Assembly (NCBI GenBank): GCA_965644295.1
Contig: CBFFRP010000095.1
Coordinates: forward strand, 1-27,287
From: Paraphysomonas bandaiensis
Lineage: Eukaryota; Protista; Chrysophyceae
Length of the DNA stretch: 27,287 nucleotides
Direction of reading: 5' to 3'
The position numbers and the translations under genes were made by a program. The number at the start of each line of letters is the position of its first letter. Positions within the stretch are counted from its first letter, which is position 1. Of this stretch, positions 11,513 to 23,300 are shown one piece after another. The notes below the pieces were generated by a model. That model did no database searches and had not been told where the DNA came from. It saw nothing but the letters and a program-made list of their open reading frames with translations.

Positions 11513-11584
11513 GACAGCAAGCTACCACACGCAACCGCATCCCCGGCGTCGGATTGCAGTCCCCTTACACCTACCACGACTTTC

Positions 11585-13560
11585 ACTTTCTCCACATGGG
11601 ATGTTAATGGTAACGCCTATCCTTCACTACATTCGCACGTAACGCATCGATTGCCTATACCTGCTTGTCACAACACCAGGCAGCGTATCTCGCTGACTAC
11701 ATCCAGGACCAACTACCAGGGGTACTTGTATGCAACTTCCTCAACACAACGAAGAAACTCGGCCCCCATGACCCGCACATGGGAGGAACTATCGCAGTGG
11801 TCAGCGAGGCATGGAAGGGAAGCGTTCGCCGCACGAGCACCGACTGCACAGGGCTAGGGCTCATATCTAGAATTGAGTTCCACATCAGCAGACCCAACAA
11901 AGACGAAAGGCTCACCATTATAGGAGCATACATCCCCCCCAAGCCCACAACCGACGGACCCTGCACATTGTGGGCTTCCCTAAATGCCTTCGGTAAGAAA
12001 GCTCCCAGAAATGGTGCCACTGGACCGTACGACATTCTCATGAACATCCTATCCAAATGGATCACCAAAGCCAGAGCTAACAATCACACCGTACTTGTTG
12101 GCGGAGACTTCTACGCCTAACTAGAAGGACACAAAGGAAAACGAGACCTTCGTGGCTTCGCAAAATCATTGCAGCTGACAGCCCCCCCTTGACACAGAGG
12201 TCCCATACTACACCTTCTACTGGAAAGACAGTGGTATCTCTCGAATCGACCACATACTGCATGCACCCCTCCCCATCCATCTCCGCAACACTGGCAACGG
12301 ATGTATGACGCAGCCTCGTTTGACAACTCAACTGTCACCTCACAGTTTGGTTTGATAACCAAGACTATGGCTCGTGATAACGCTAATAACTACTATCACT
12401 GTATGGGAATCAAGAAAATGAGACCAAAGAAGTGATATTATTACTGTACAGGTAAACTTATGTTTCAATCAACTATACTCGAGTGACTGACTCCCGCGAA
12501 GAATCAGCACGCAAACACCACCGCTAGTGATGTCAGGTCGCTAGTACCCAAGTAAGGTTAACATAAACAAAACTGAGTCACAACAGAAACATAAAGTATG
12601 AAGACAACCGTAGAGCTGCACACACACAACGTCATCCATGTCACACTGTGTTGCAACACACAACCACAACGCAGGCTGTGTCATACAAGCAGTATAACAA
12701 TATACAGTCATGTCAACGACTCTTATCAAATACGGTTGTACAACACTGTATAATGTATATCATGTTGCATTCCTCATAACTACAATTGTACTTGGAAAAT
12801 ACTAGCTAACGTACACTTTCATATGTAAGACAACTCACTCCAGATATTTAAACATACAACAACAGAGGAGCCATCATATAAGCTCCTGATAAGTAAGAAC
12901 TTCTCGTTACTTTGCTTTCAGCATGCAAGTCCAGTACCTTAGATGCAAGGAGCTTCACTAACGAGCGACCAACGGTGTACAGTGGACCCTGTTGTGCATT
13001 GTGCTCCATTGAGTGCATATTAGCCTTATGAAGGCCATCAAGTGGTACACGTATACCCACAAATGGAGGTAATAGTCTCTGGATGCACTTTCTACCCGTG
13101 ACCAGTGTATGCAGGGTCTGTGCAATTCTTCCGATGCGGGTGTGAGGGTCTGCAAGGCCTGTCTCTGACATACTGGTCGCTGAGGCTGGGTTGCCATGCT
13201 AGGAGTCCTATTCAATGCTGAAGAGCTGCAGTCCGAGTACTGGTTCAGGTTTGAGAGAAGCTTGAGGCTTTAGTCAACAACGTGGAACGAGTTCATTACT
13301 TCTGTGTTTTGCCATGAATAATAATAATATGAGTGGTTGTTTGTTGTCTGCTGATGAATGCGTTATTGATAGTTAGTTGCGCTCTGCGCCTCCAAGCACA
13401 ACATCGTAGTCTTGAAGTATCACTTGTAGTAACGCACTATAGCCACGTAAGTAGGGCACGCGAGATGCCACGTGGTCACAGATGCTACACATCTGACGCC
13501 CTCCTAGCTGCAGCCTTTGATCACAGACCGGTCTGGATCAAGGTTGCCATTAGTGGAACA
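11585..13560 (+). pseudogene. LINE apurinic endonuclease domain, split by a solo LTR
   Basis: FSTWDVNG, MGGTIAVV, IIGAYIPP, VLVGGDFY, YTFYW..ISRIDHIL and, after the insert, FDHRPVWI. Confidence 0.9.
12304..13480. mobile_element. Solo LTR (1177 bp), gypsy-type 4-bp TSD
   Basis: Ends TATGAC...GTCACA; TSD GATG at 12300-12303 and 13481-13484. Excision restores the APE frame. Confidence 0.75.
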
Positions 13561-13754
13561 GGACCAACCCTCCCAAAGGAACGGCATCTCCAGATCCCAC
13601 CTCGGCTCAACAACAACCCTGCTGACCACGAATTGGTAGAACAATTCCAGAAACACCTCCACGCCCACCTCACCTCATTACCTGAGCTCCACACAAACCC
13701 CACACCGCCGAACACGCCGCCATAAAACTGGCGCTTCTCCATCGCATCACCCTT

Positions 13755-16135
13755 AAGCAAACTATTTTCAAACTTGGGAGAAAATTTTTCCCAAATATTT
13801 TCATTAATGATTTCTAGTTGACTATACATATTTTAAGATGAAAAAAGGATATACAACAGCTTGGATGTTGATAAAAGTAAGGTAATATTATCAAGCTGTT
13901 TTTAGGTTCTTATCAAGTTTATTACTTTATTGTTATTATTGTTGCATGCAAAATACAATAGACAATACTCATTAAACTTATGATGATTGCAAGAAACGCA
14001 AACGGTTAATTTCTTTTTTCATTTTGCAGTTATCATCAATTATTACTGAATTTTGTTGAGCAAGCATAACAAGAGTACCTTCATCAACAAATTTCTTCAA
14101 TCCCTTCGTTCTCCTCTTTCGTCGTCTTGATTTATTCTTCTTACTTCTGTAGTCCTCCTCGTCGGCTTCGGAAGTTATTGAATCTTCATCATCATGAACG
14201 CTCCTCTTTCGCGAGCAGTTCGGCTTAGAAGTATCGGCAGGGCGAACTCGTTCTTTGGCAATGAGGGCATCAATTTGTTCCTGTTGATGCCTCACCATTT
14301 CCGTCAACGATAAAATCGTCTTCTCCTGCTGATCCAGTATCTCACTGCGAACATTGCGAACATTCTCCCTTTCCACTTTCCACTCCTCCTCTACTACATC
14401 GGACACCAAATCTTCAACAATAGGCTGCTTCTCTTTGAAAGGCACGCAGTTCTTCTTACCTTCATCGTCTTTTGACATCTTCTTCCATATTGGTATTGAC
14501 ACTGAGCCTAAACCATACAGTAGCTAGTAAGTAACATTTAAAATGTAACTTCGAAACAACATAATATATATTATACTACCTTATCAAAACCAGTCTCTTT
14601 TTCTACCATTACCCAAGCAATTTCTCCATTTTGGGTCATTCCAAACTTGACGTTATATGAACTCTTACTTTACGTTGTCTTTGTGTTAATATGTATGTCC
14701 AGATCCAAATACGTGTACACCCCACAACAGTACAAAGATCACATTGAATCTGCACTGTCGACAAAGAAATCACGCTGCATTGTGGAAGATCTTTTCGCGA
14801 TTCCAGACTACAAGAAACTATTGGACGCTCACACAGACAGACGGTTAAACGCCCAAATTAAGGGTGAGAAGACAAGCCAAAAAATAGAGGCTGAGTGGAA
14901 GAAGGTTCAAAAACAGTGGAAGCGGATTGGTTTGAGACATGAATCGTTTCATTTGCCAGATTCAGACCTTTTCAGTCAATATCCAACATTAGAGCTGCGA
15001 CGGCTAACGCTCCTGAGCATATTTCTTTAGTTTGTTACACCTGCACTTGTCACGACAATTGCCCGAGATAGAGATCCTGAGCACCTCTCTTTTAACAGAG
15101 AAAACTCTGTGCTGTTCACTGTGAGTAAGATATAACAAGATACGTACTATTTGGATTCGTATTTATGGCAAACAATTCGTGTTTACTGGTGTCCAGAAGA
15201 AGGTCCGTCCACTGTGTTCAGGACTGGAATAATACCGAAAAGAGTTCAGAATAAATTATCCTACGATTTCGTCGTTTGGCATAGTATTTGCCGAAACATT
15301 CACTGCCAACTTGACGTTTGACAAGTTCTACTCTGAAGATGTCTCCTCTTGCAGTTTAAGAGTATTCGTAGAGGGACTATTAATCCGAAGCAATTCCTGC
15401 GTTGTTGACACGATTGGTGCAGCACGGAGTAGATATTATGTGGGGAAAATGGAATGGGTATAGAACAAAAGAAAGAAGCAAATAGTTGTGCACGCTCATA
15501 GGAAAGATGGGAAGCAACACACAGTATTAAGTAATGCGTATACGAGGCGGACAACCAAGGCCTCGACATCATATATGTATTCCTGTGCGTGATGACTATT
15601 ACAAGCTGTTTTATGCCTATCTATGACAAATACAACAAGCAAATCAAACAGAGGGTATGACCACACAGGGATGGTGGCAATGGGCGTTTGGGTGAGGCGG
15701 GAGAGCATAATTTATTTGTTTATGTTTGGTTGTATATAATAGAAAACACTGTCAACGCATATCGTCATATAATGAATGTCGATTCCGAAGATTTTGAGTA
15801 CTTTGGTTATTGTCAAACTCTAGCAAACGATTTGTATGTGTATGCAAGCACACTCTCTGATAGTACTATTTAGTAGAGTAATACAATAAATTTAATTGAT
15901 TTGGACGTAAATATATTACTTCTTATAAGTGTGGTTACTGACTGTGGTTCTTAATGAGTGTGGTTAAGACCAAATGTAAAAAGGTTTCTTGGAATCGTCA
16001 TCATTATACAACATTATAATATTCTTCATTTCCTCTGTCTAAATTATATCAACAATAAACATGAGGTTTTCATGATGAAATTTTTAAAAAGTCCCAAATT
16101 TAGAAATTTTTCCCAAGTTTGAAAAAAGTTTGCTT
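13755..16135. mobile_element. TIR DNA transposon, internally deleted (Sola-like transposase relic suspected)
   Basis: ~32-bp TIRs AAGCAAACT(A/T)TTTTCAAACTTGGGA(G)AAAATTT; flanks CCT(T) and CCT(G). ORF 14647-15030 contains VYTPQQYKDHIESAL...VEDLFAIPDYKKLL, recalled as similar to the C-terminal part of Sola1/DUF7869-type transposases. Confidence 0.85.
13978..14660 (-). pseudogene. Accessory gene of the TIR element (coiled coil, basic NLS-like tract, possible Myb-like start), spliced and 5'-truncated
   Basis: ORF 13978-14502 plus an upstream exon joined by a GT..AG intron (~14508-14579), giving IAWVMVEKETGFDK|AQCQYQY. Confidence 0.4.
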
Positions 16136-16939
16136 CCTGGACGCGGCTCATGACACCCGTAATGCGGAAAGATCGAAGAAAACCAGCATCCATGCAAAAT
16201 GTCAACGCAAACGCTCCCAGTTCAAGGACGGATTCTCTGCCGAGATGAGAGTCCTCCAAACAGCACTCCACCTGCTCATATACCTCAAACGAAAACTCTT
16301 CACCAGAGCTGGACACCTCCACTGGGTCTCGGACCCCTGCCTATACAGCATCATCCGGAAAGGGATCAGCAGATGGGAACACAGCGCCGCTGAGCTGGAC
16401 CGCTCCTCAGTGGACCCCGATCGACCGCCCACTGCCATAATCCGGGCCGCGACAGACCCGCGGCAAATTCTAACATGGACTGCAGCAACTGTCACCGGCG
16501 CCGACTTTGACAACCTCCGCGACAGTATCACGCGAATGCTCCAAGGGAGAGCCCGCTCTGAAATGAGGAAAAGGATGACCATCAGAACGCACGCCCTCCA
16601 AGAGCAACTAGAACTTCAAAATATCGGCAAAGTACTACAATCCATTGGACTCAAGCGAAAACAGACACTGCCACCTTCTCGTCTCACCTTATAAGATGGG
16701 GCCACGTTCACCATCCCCTCTGAAATACAGGACGCCCTAAACAAGCACTTCACAGCACATCACGCATTCCCCATGGGCCTGGACCCCGCTGCCCACAGAT
16801 TACACCACGATGCCACCTGGTGGCGCGAGCTAGCAGCCGGCACTAACCCCCTTCACCCAAACTCTGCCATCCCGCTCCAACACCAAATCGGACTACGCAC
16901 ACTCTGCACGACGAAAGTCAGCTCATCCACCACAGGAAA

Positions 16940-17520
16940 CATCCGGGAAGCCCTACGGAAACAAATCACGCTAAACGAATTCCACTCCACCCTCGACAGT
17001 ATAGCCAATGGTAAAGCACCTGGGCCGTTGGACGCCACAGGTCAAAATCGAAGTACTCGGTCTTCTACAGACGCTCTGGACTCATCACCACATCCCCCAC
17101 TGGTGGCGAGACAGAGTCATGACCCCACTGCTCAAGAAACCGGGGAACACGTCACTCAAAAATCTGAGACCAATCGGCTTACTCGAGGTCCTTCGCAAAC
17201 TGATGACACGCATTATCACGCACAGGCTCCTAAAAATTTGGGAAGACGAAGACGTTTTACACCCGGCACAACATGGATATCGATGGCGACATGGCACAGA
17301 CACTGTCATCCTTCGCGTACTAGCGGCCACCGAACTAGCCAAACTCACCGGACACACGAAAATATGCACCTTCTGGGACTTCGAAAAGGCTTTTGACTCC
17401 ATTGCACCCAACCTACTCAGACTAGCGTGAGCGAGGCTTGGAGTTCCAGAAGACACCATTAAATGGCTCAGTGTAGGAGGCCGCACCTACATCTGGAATC
17501 CAAAAACCCTCAACGCACTA
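16940..17520 (+). pseudogene. LINE reverse transcriptase, N-terminal part only
   Basis: GKAPGP, IPHWWR..PLLKKPG..NLRPIGLLEVLRKL, QHGYRWRHGT and WDFEKAFDSI, then a stop. QG/YADD region not seen (deleted). Confidence 0.92.
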
Positions 17521-17654
17521 AGCCAATCCGAAGGCTCCTTCCTCCAACACCCTGACATGGGCTTCTCCCTCCAAAAACAACTGGAGTCACAGACAGACTA
17601 ACCAAAATCCTCCACCTCACAACCCCAGAGCACACCACACCTGGACTTGACATC

Positions 17655-17945
17655 ATACACATACGAGACCCTCGCGATGTCAGCTGCCCTAATGTTCTCC
17701 AAAGTCATACCACCCACTCACTGTGCCTATGTGTACTGTCAGGCGGTTCAAACACGAACCACAGAAGCCCTGGCACGCAGGAGGAGAGCACTAGGCTCGA
17801 AGCCCCAGGGCATCTTTTACGAATGCCTTGCTACTGAACATCACAAACAGCGTCCAATCAAATGGGTTCGTTCCCACCAACGCCAGACCAAAGTAAGTGG
17901 ACCTACAACGACAATGGCATCTACATAGCTGACGCGGCCGCCAGT
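17655..17945 (+). pseudogene. LINE RNase H domain remnant
   Basis: YETLAMSAA, YVYCQAV, IKWVRSH and (after a frameshift) NGIYIADAAA. Confidence 0.7.
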
Positions 17946-18117
17946 GGGCATTGGACAATGATCAACTGAAATCACACACCTCCTAGAGGAATTCCTCACT
18001 TCTGGCCAATGGCACTGGAGGAGATACGACAAATATCTTCTCACAGACAGTGGCCCCATGCTAGGGGACGTCACCGATCTCCAACATCAATGGGACCTCC
18101 ACCAGTACACACTCACG

Positions 18118-18528
18118 TGTAACGCAGTACTGGTTATTTTCTGCGTTGGTAGTAGTATTATATGTTACTCTTCTGTTGTACTCTCTAACACGTACAGAGT
18201 GTTTTTGTATTTTCAGTTTTCAGTTACATATTCAGTTTCTACTCTTTCAGTGTATACACGGAGTGTTGAAGCTGTACATACGTACCGGATAAAATACTTC
18301 TGATCTGGTGTGTTGTGTGCTGAAGTGAAATGCTGAACATGATGTTGTATGTGTGTGTTACTGTAGAGTTGTATAGCATGTTACTCACTTTTCTATTACA
18401 CGTTTTAAATAACGATTTATTTAAATTCTTTCGCGGTTTGCGTCTGAGTTGAGGAGCATCACCCGCTGGTGAGCTTAACAGTGTAGCAGCCCGCTGGCGT
18501 GCACTTAAAATCTTTTTAAAACGTTATA
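18118..18528 (+). repeat. Putative gypsy 5' LTR (~411 bp)
   Basis: TGTAACG...CGTTATA imperfect inverted ends. The right end is inferred because the 3' LTR is not in the window. Confidence 0.5.
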
Positions 18529-18656
18529 GATCAGTGTTGTTTTTGTGTGAGCATACGTTGTTCTTAAGAACAACTACAGTAATATTACTCTGTTGATAAG
18601 AACAATACATTATACATTTATTGTGTTATTGAGCCCTTTGAACTGTTCTAAGAGTC

Positions 18657-20252
18657 ATGGAGCCTGCAGAAGGAGATGCGAAGACAGAGCTTACTCTGGA
18701 AGACCTGATGCAGTATATGCGTGAGCAACGTGAGTATATGGAGCAGCGTTTCGGTGGTATAGAACAACGTTTTCATCAGCAACAGGCGTTCAATGAGCAT
18801 GTTCAACGGAGTCTTGAGGAGATCAATCAGAGGAGATCTGGAAGGTCATCGAGAGCTAATTCAGAAATTATACAAGTTGATCAGCTTTCGGAGATACCGT
18901 TTGAAGAGTCTAAATCAGATGGTCATGGGAATGGTGAACAGCCTGTAGCCGCAACTATTGAGCGACGTGAGCAGCAGTATATTGACCCTGACTTGTTGCA
19001 TACGCGTATAGAGAATGCTGTGCGTGAGGGTGTATTGAATGCTACTCAAGCTCTCAGGAGTGAAGAGGAGCGACCACCTGTCAGACCTAAACGTCAGACT
19101 ATTCAGGAAGCACTTCGTGAAATTGATCGTCAACCGAAGGCTAAGGTTACGTTGACCAAAGAAGATGATTCATACCTGGAGATAAGGTTGTCGGAAATTA
19201 CTTTAGATGGGTTTTTGGTTTTCTTGGAACGAATTGCTGAGTTTGAGAAATGTCGTGACAATGGACCAATTCCTTCTGTGTTTACATTGTTGGAAGGCAG
19301 GGCAAAGGAAATGATTAGGTTTACGTTGATGGAATTATATCCTGATGATTATACTGAACCTTTGGAATGCATAGATGCAAGTGTAACGCGAGTTATTGAG
19401 GCAGCGAAGTATCAGTTCAGACCTTTGGATATGATGGATTTTAATTCGATGTTGCTTGAATCGTGTTTGCCGTACAGAGTAACAATGGACAAGTTGGAGG
19501 ATTTTCGTCGAGTCGATGAGGATCTTTGTATTTTGGAAACGAAGTTCAATCAGCGGTATGATTTCTTGGAGGAGGCTGCTAAGATGAACAAACTTGATGA
19601 GAGTATACCTTTAGTAACGACTAAGAGAGGTGGTTCGTTGGAACAGTGGATGAGTCTTATTCCAGCGTGTATGAGAGATACTACTAAGAGACTTATGAGG
19701 TCGGAAAACTTCCCTTCAGTAAAAGCTTTTCTGAAAGAATTCTTTAAGCAGTTGAAGATTACTAGGGATTTGTCGTTAAAATATAATCAATTCAGAAGTC
19801 GTTTTAATTTTCGAACAAAATCTTCTGCGGTAGATAAGCGACTACACCAAATTGAGCAACAAGTTTCTGACTCAGAATCTGTGAGTGATGAGGAGCAAAA
19901 CGTGCTGAAACATGAAGAAGATTTGTATGCGGCTGAGGTATTGAAATCTTCCCCATGTTTTAGAGAATTGACGCAAGATGGTGGGTGCAAAGATAAGTCA
20001 TGTAAATTTTCACATGATAAAGCTGTTTTGACTGAAGCTCTTAAGAAGATGACTGAAAGAGTGGGGTTAACAGTAATGCCTAAACCAAGTATTAATGCAC
20101 CACCTCAACGTCGATACAGTAATTCTCCAGCTCAATTGAAAAGATATCCTGGGGATAGAAAGCGTCCTGGTGATGTACGTATTCTTACCAGAGATCAACC
20201 TGATGTTGAAGAGGATCAACAAGGGGATGACAATCCTTTGGATGACCTTTGA
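18657..20252 (+). CDS. gag: Gypsy Gag-like protein, 531 aa, with N-terminal coiled coil and CCCH-type zinc finger
   Basis: Position between the LTR and pol; CFRELTQDGGCKDKSCKFSH = C-x9-C-x4-C-x3-H. Confidence 0.8.
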   Translation: MEPAEGDAKTELTLEDLMQYMREQREYMEQRFGGIEQRFHQQQAFNEHVQRSLEEINQRRSGRSSRANSEIIQVDQLSEIPFEESKSDGHGNGEQPVAATIERREQQYIDPDLLHTRIENAVREGVLNATQALRSEEERPPVRPKRQTIQEALREIDRQPKAKVTLTKEDDSYLEIRLSEITLDGFLVFLERIAEFEKCRDNGPIPSVFTLLEGRAKEMIRFTLMELYPDDYTEPLECIDASVTRVIEAAKYQFRPLDMMDFNSMLLESCLPYRVTMDKLEDFRRVDEDLCILETKFNQRYDFLEEAAKMNKLDESIPLVTTKRGGSLEQWMSLIPACMRDTTKRLMRSENFPSVKAFLKEFFKQLKITRDLSLKYNQFRSRFNFRTKSSAVDKRLHQIEQQVSDSESVSDEEQNVLKHEEDLYAAEVLKSSPCFRELTQDGGCKDKSCKFSHDKAVLTEALKKMTERVGLTVMPKPSINAPPQRRYSNSPAQLKRYPGDRKRPGDVRILTRDQPDVEEDQQGDDNPLDDL

Positions 20253-20312
20253 GCACAATCACTGATAGCGGCTATGCGAGATTATAATGATACTTCCAGC
20301 AGATTTCGCAAT

Positions 20313-23300
20313 AAGTAAACATTGTGCAATCGTGGGATTTTTTTTTTCCCACGTTTTTAGGAGTATTTGAGGAGTATTTGAGGAGTATTTCTCGTATACC
20401 GGTATATTGTACTATACTATACTGCTGCAGTACTGTATATGTATTCGTTTGTACGAGTAGTACTCTATGCGCATAGAGGTGTATGTATGTATGTGTGTGA
20501 GGAGGATATTTGAATTCTTGTGCACAGATCAGCACACACACACACCACAGCACATGACATACATACATGATACCATCATAGCACAGACTCCTCTGATAAG
20601 GGGTCTCATCTCCAGCAGAAGAAGGTTGTTCACTATTAATCAGGTTAGTTGTCAGGCGTGAAGTGGTCTGTTGCGTGTGTCGCATGCTACCAACTCACAC
20701 TCTCTGTTCACATGTGTCTGATCAGCACTGTGCGCACTGATGTGAGTTGAATGGTATAAGTGGGTCTTGGGGGCGCAGTGGGGTGCAGGTCTTCTCTCCG
20801 GTAACACGGATATGAGATATAAAGGCACCTCCCTAAACGGGGATTTGTCAGCACTTAACGAGAGTTTTGTTGCTGGCAATTAAGACGCGCTTCTCTGCTC
20901 AGCCTTGTGCTGGGTTAGAGTGTAAGACGACGGCCCTCGCATCACTGTACGTGAGCCAGTTTTCTAGATTAATGGCAAAACCGCATATAGCTGTACATTC
21001 CCACTGTACCTGTAGTGTATGACGTGCATGTCAATATTATGTCAATACTTATGATTGACACTGTCCTAATACACTGCTTTGTTGCGCCTGTATCGTAGAT
21101 CGGTCAGCCATATATTAGCGAGCAGGAGTCTAAACGTGATCAGGCCGCATTGCTTCTTACCCCCTGCGTAAAGTAGACGTGTGATCTCTTGTTGAGCTAA
21201 TAGACTGCTCTATGCTCATCTTGTACTGAGAGTCAATAGTGTATGACGTGTATTGCTTGTGTGATGGGTATATTATGTTGTACAGTTATACTGCTGCTGC
21301 GTGTGTTAGCTGAGTGAATATAGTATGCTCAGACAGGGTACATCGAGAGATAGTGTATGGCGTGTATTATTGGTTGTGTGATGGGTATGTTGTATATTGG
21401 TATGCTACACTTATCTTCTCTCGTTGAGCCGAGTGCATGCAAGAGGCTCATTTTGTACTGAGAGACAATAGTGTATGACGTGTATTGGTTGTGTGATGAG
21501 TCATACTACTGCTACGTGTGTTAGCTGAGTGAATATTTTAGTATGCTCAGGCAGGGTGTATCGAGAGATAGTGTATGACGTGTATTGGTTACACAGTGCC
21601 TATATGTTGTACAGTCATACTACTGCTATGTGTGTTAGCTGAGTGAATATTTTAGTATGCTCAGGCAGGGTGCACCGAGAGATAGTGTATGACGTGTATT
21701 GGTTGTGTGATGGGTATGTTGTATATGGTTATGCTACACTTATCTTCTCTCGTTGAGCCGAGTGCATGCAAGAGACTCATGTTGTACTGAGAGACAATAG
21801 TGCATCTCGTGTATTTGTTGTGTGATGGGTATATGTTGTACAGTCATACTACTGCTACGTGTGTTAGCTGAGTGAATATTTTAGTATGCTCAGGCAGGGT
21901 GCACCGAGAGATAGTGTATGACGTGTATTGGTTACACAGTGTCTATATGTTGTAGCGTCATACTACTGCTACGTGTGTTAGCTGAGTGAATATTTTAGTA
22001 TGCTCAGGCAGGGTGTATCGAGAGATAGTGTATGACGTGTATTGGTTACACAGTGTCTATATGTTGTACAGTCATACTACTGCTACGTGTGTTAGCTGAG
22101 TGAATATTTTAGTATGCTCAGGCAGGGTGCACCGAGAGATAGTGTATGACGTGTATTGGTTATGTGATGGGTATGTTGTATATGGTTATGCTACACTTAT
22201 CTTCTCTCGTTGAGCCGAGTGCATGCAAGAGACTCATGTTGTACTGAGAGACAATAGTGCATCTCGTGTATTTGTTGTGTGATGGGTATATGTTGTACAG
22301 TCATACTACTGCTACGTGTGTTAGCTGAGTGAATATAGTATGCTCAGGCAGGGTGCACCGAGAGATAGTGTATGACGTGTATTGGTTACACAGTGTCTAT
22401 ATGTTGTACAGTCATACTACTGCTACGTGTGTTAGCTGAGTGAATATTTTAGTATGCTCAGGCAGGGTGTATCGAGAGATAGTGTATGACGTGTATTGGT
22501 TACACAGTGTCTATATGTTGTACAGTCATACTACTGCTACGTGTGTTAGCTGAGTGAATATTTTAGTATGCTCAGGCAGGGTGCACCGAGAGATAGTGTA
22601 TGACGTGTATTGGTTGTGTGATGGGTATGTTGTATATGGTTATGCTATACTTATCTTCTCTCGTTGAGCCGAGTTCGTGGGAGAGGCTCATGTTGTACTG
22701 GGAGACAATAGTGTATGACGTGTATTGGTTGCACAGTGTCTATATTATGTTGTACAGTCATACTGCTGCTACGTGTGTTAGCTGAGTGAATATTTTAGTA
22801 TGCTCAGGCAGGGTGTATCGAGAGATAGTGTATGACGTGTATTGGTTACACAGTGTCTATATGTTGTACAGTCATACTACTGCTACGTGTGTTAGCTGAG
22901 TGAATATTTTAGTATGCTCAGGCAGGGTGCACCGAGAGATAGTGTATGACGTGTATTGGTTGTGTGATGGGTATGTTGTATATGGTTATGCTACACTTAT
23001 CTTCTCTCGTTGAGCCGAGTTCGTGGGAGAGGCTCATGTTGTACTGGGAGACAATAGTGTATGACGTGTATTGGTTGCACAGTGTCTATATTATGTTGTA
23101 CAGTCATACTGCTGCTACGTGTGTTAGCTGAGTGAATATTTTAGTATGCTCAGGCAGGGTGTATCGAGAGATAGTGTATGACGTGTATTGGTTACACAGT
23201 GTCTATATGTTGTACAGTCATACTACTGCTACGTGTGTTAGCTGAGTGAATATTTTAGTATGCTCAGGCAGGGTGCACCGAGAGATAGTGTATGACGTGT

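Larger units (their letters stand above)
9408..18117 (+). mobile_element. Decayed non-LTR retrotransposon (LINE) in four pieces: 9408-10550, 11513-12303, 13481-13754, 16136-18117
   Basis: All pieces share C/A-rich composition. APE, RT and RNase H motifs are collinear. Removing the inserts rejoins codons (ISDS|KLPH; NG|CYTSD; HRIT|LDAAHD). The 5' part may continue left of 8122. Confidence 0.9.

Noticed and set aside
20272-20879. ORFs in the left arm of the second TIR element
   Set aside because: No transposase or other recognisable motif; one ORF crosses the element boundary.
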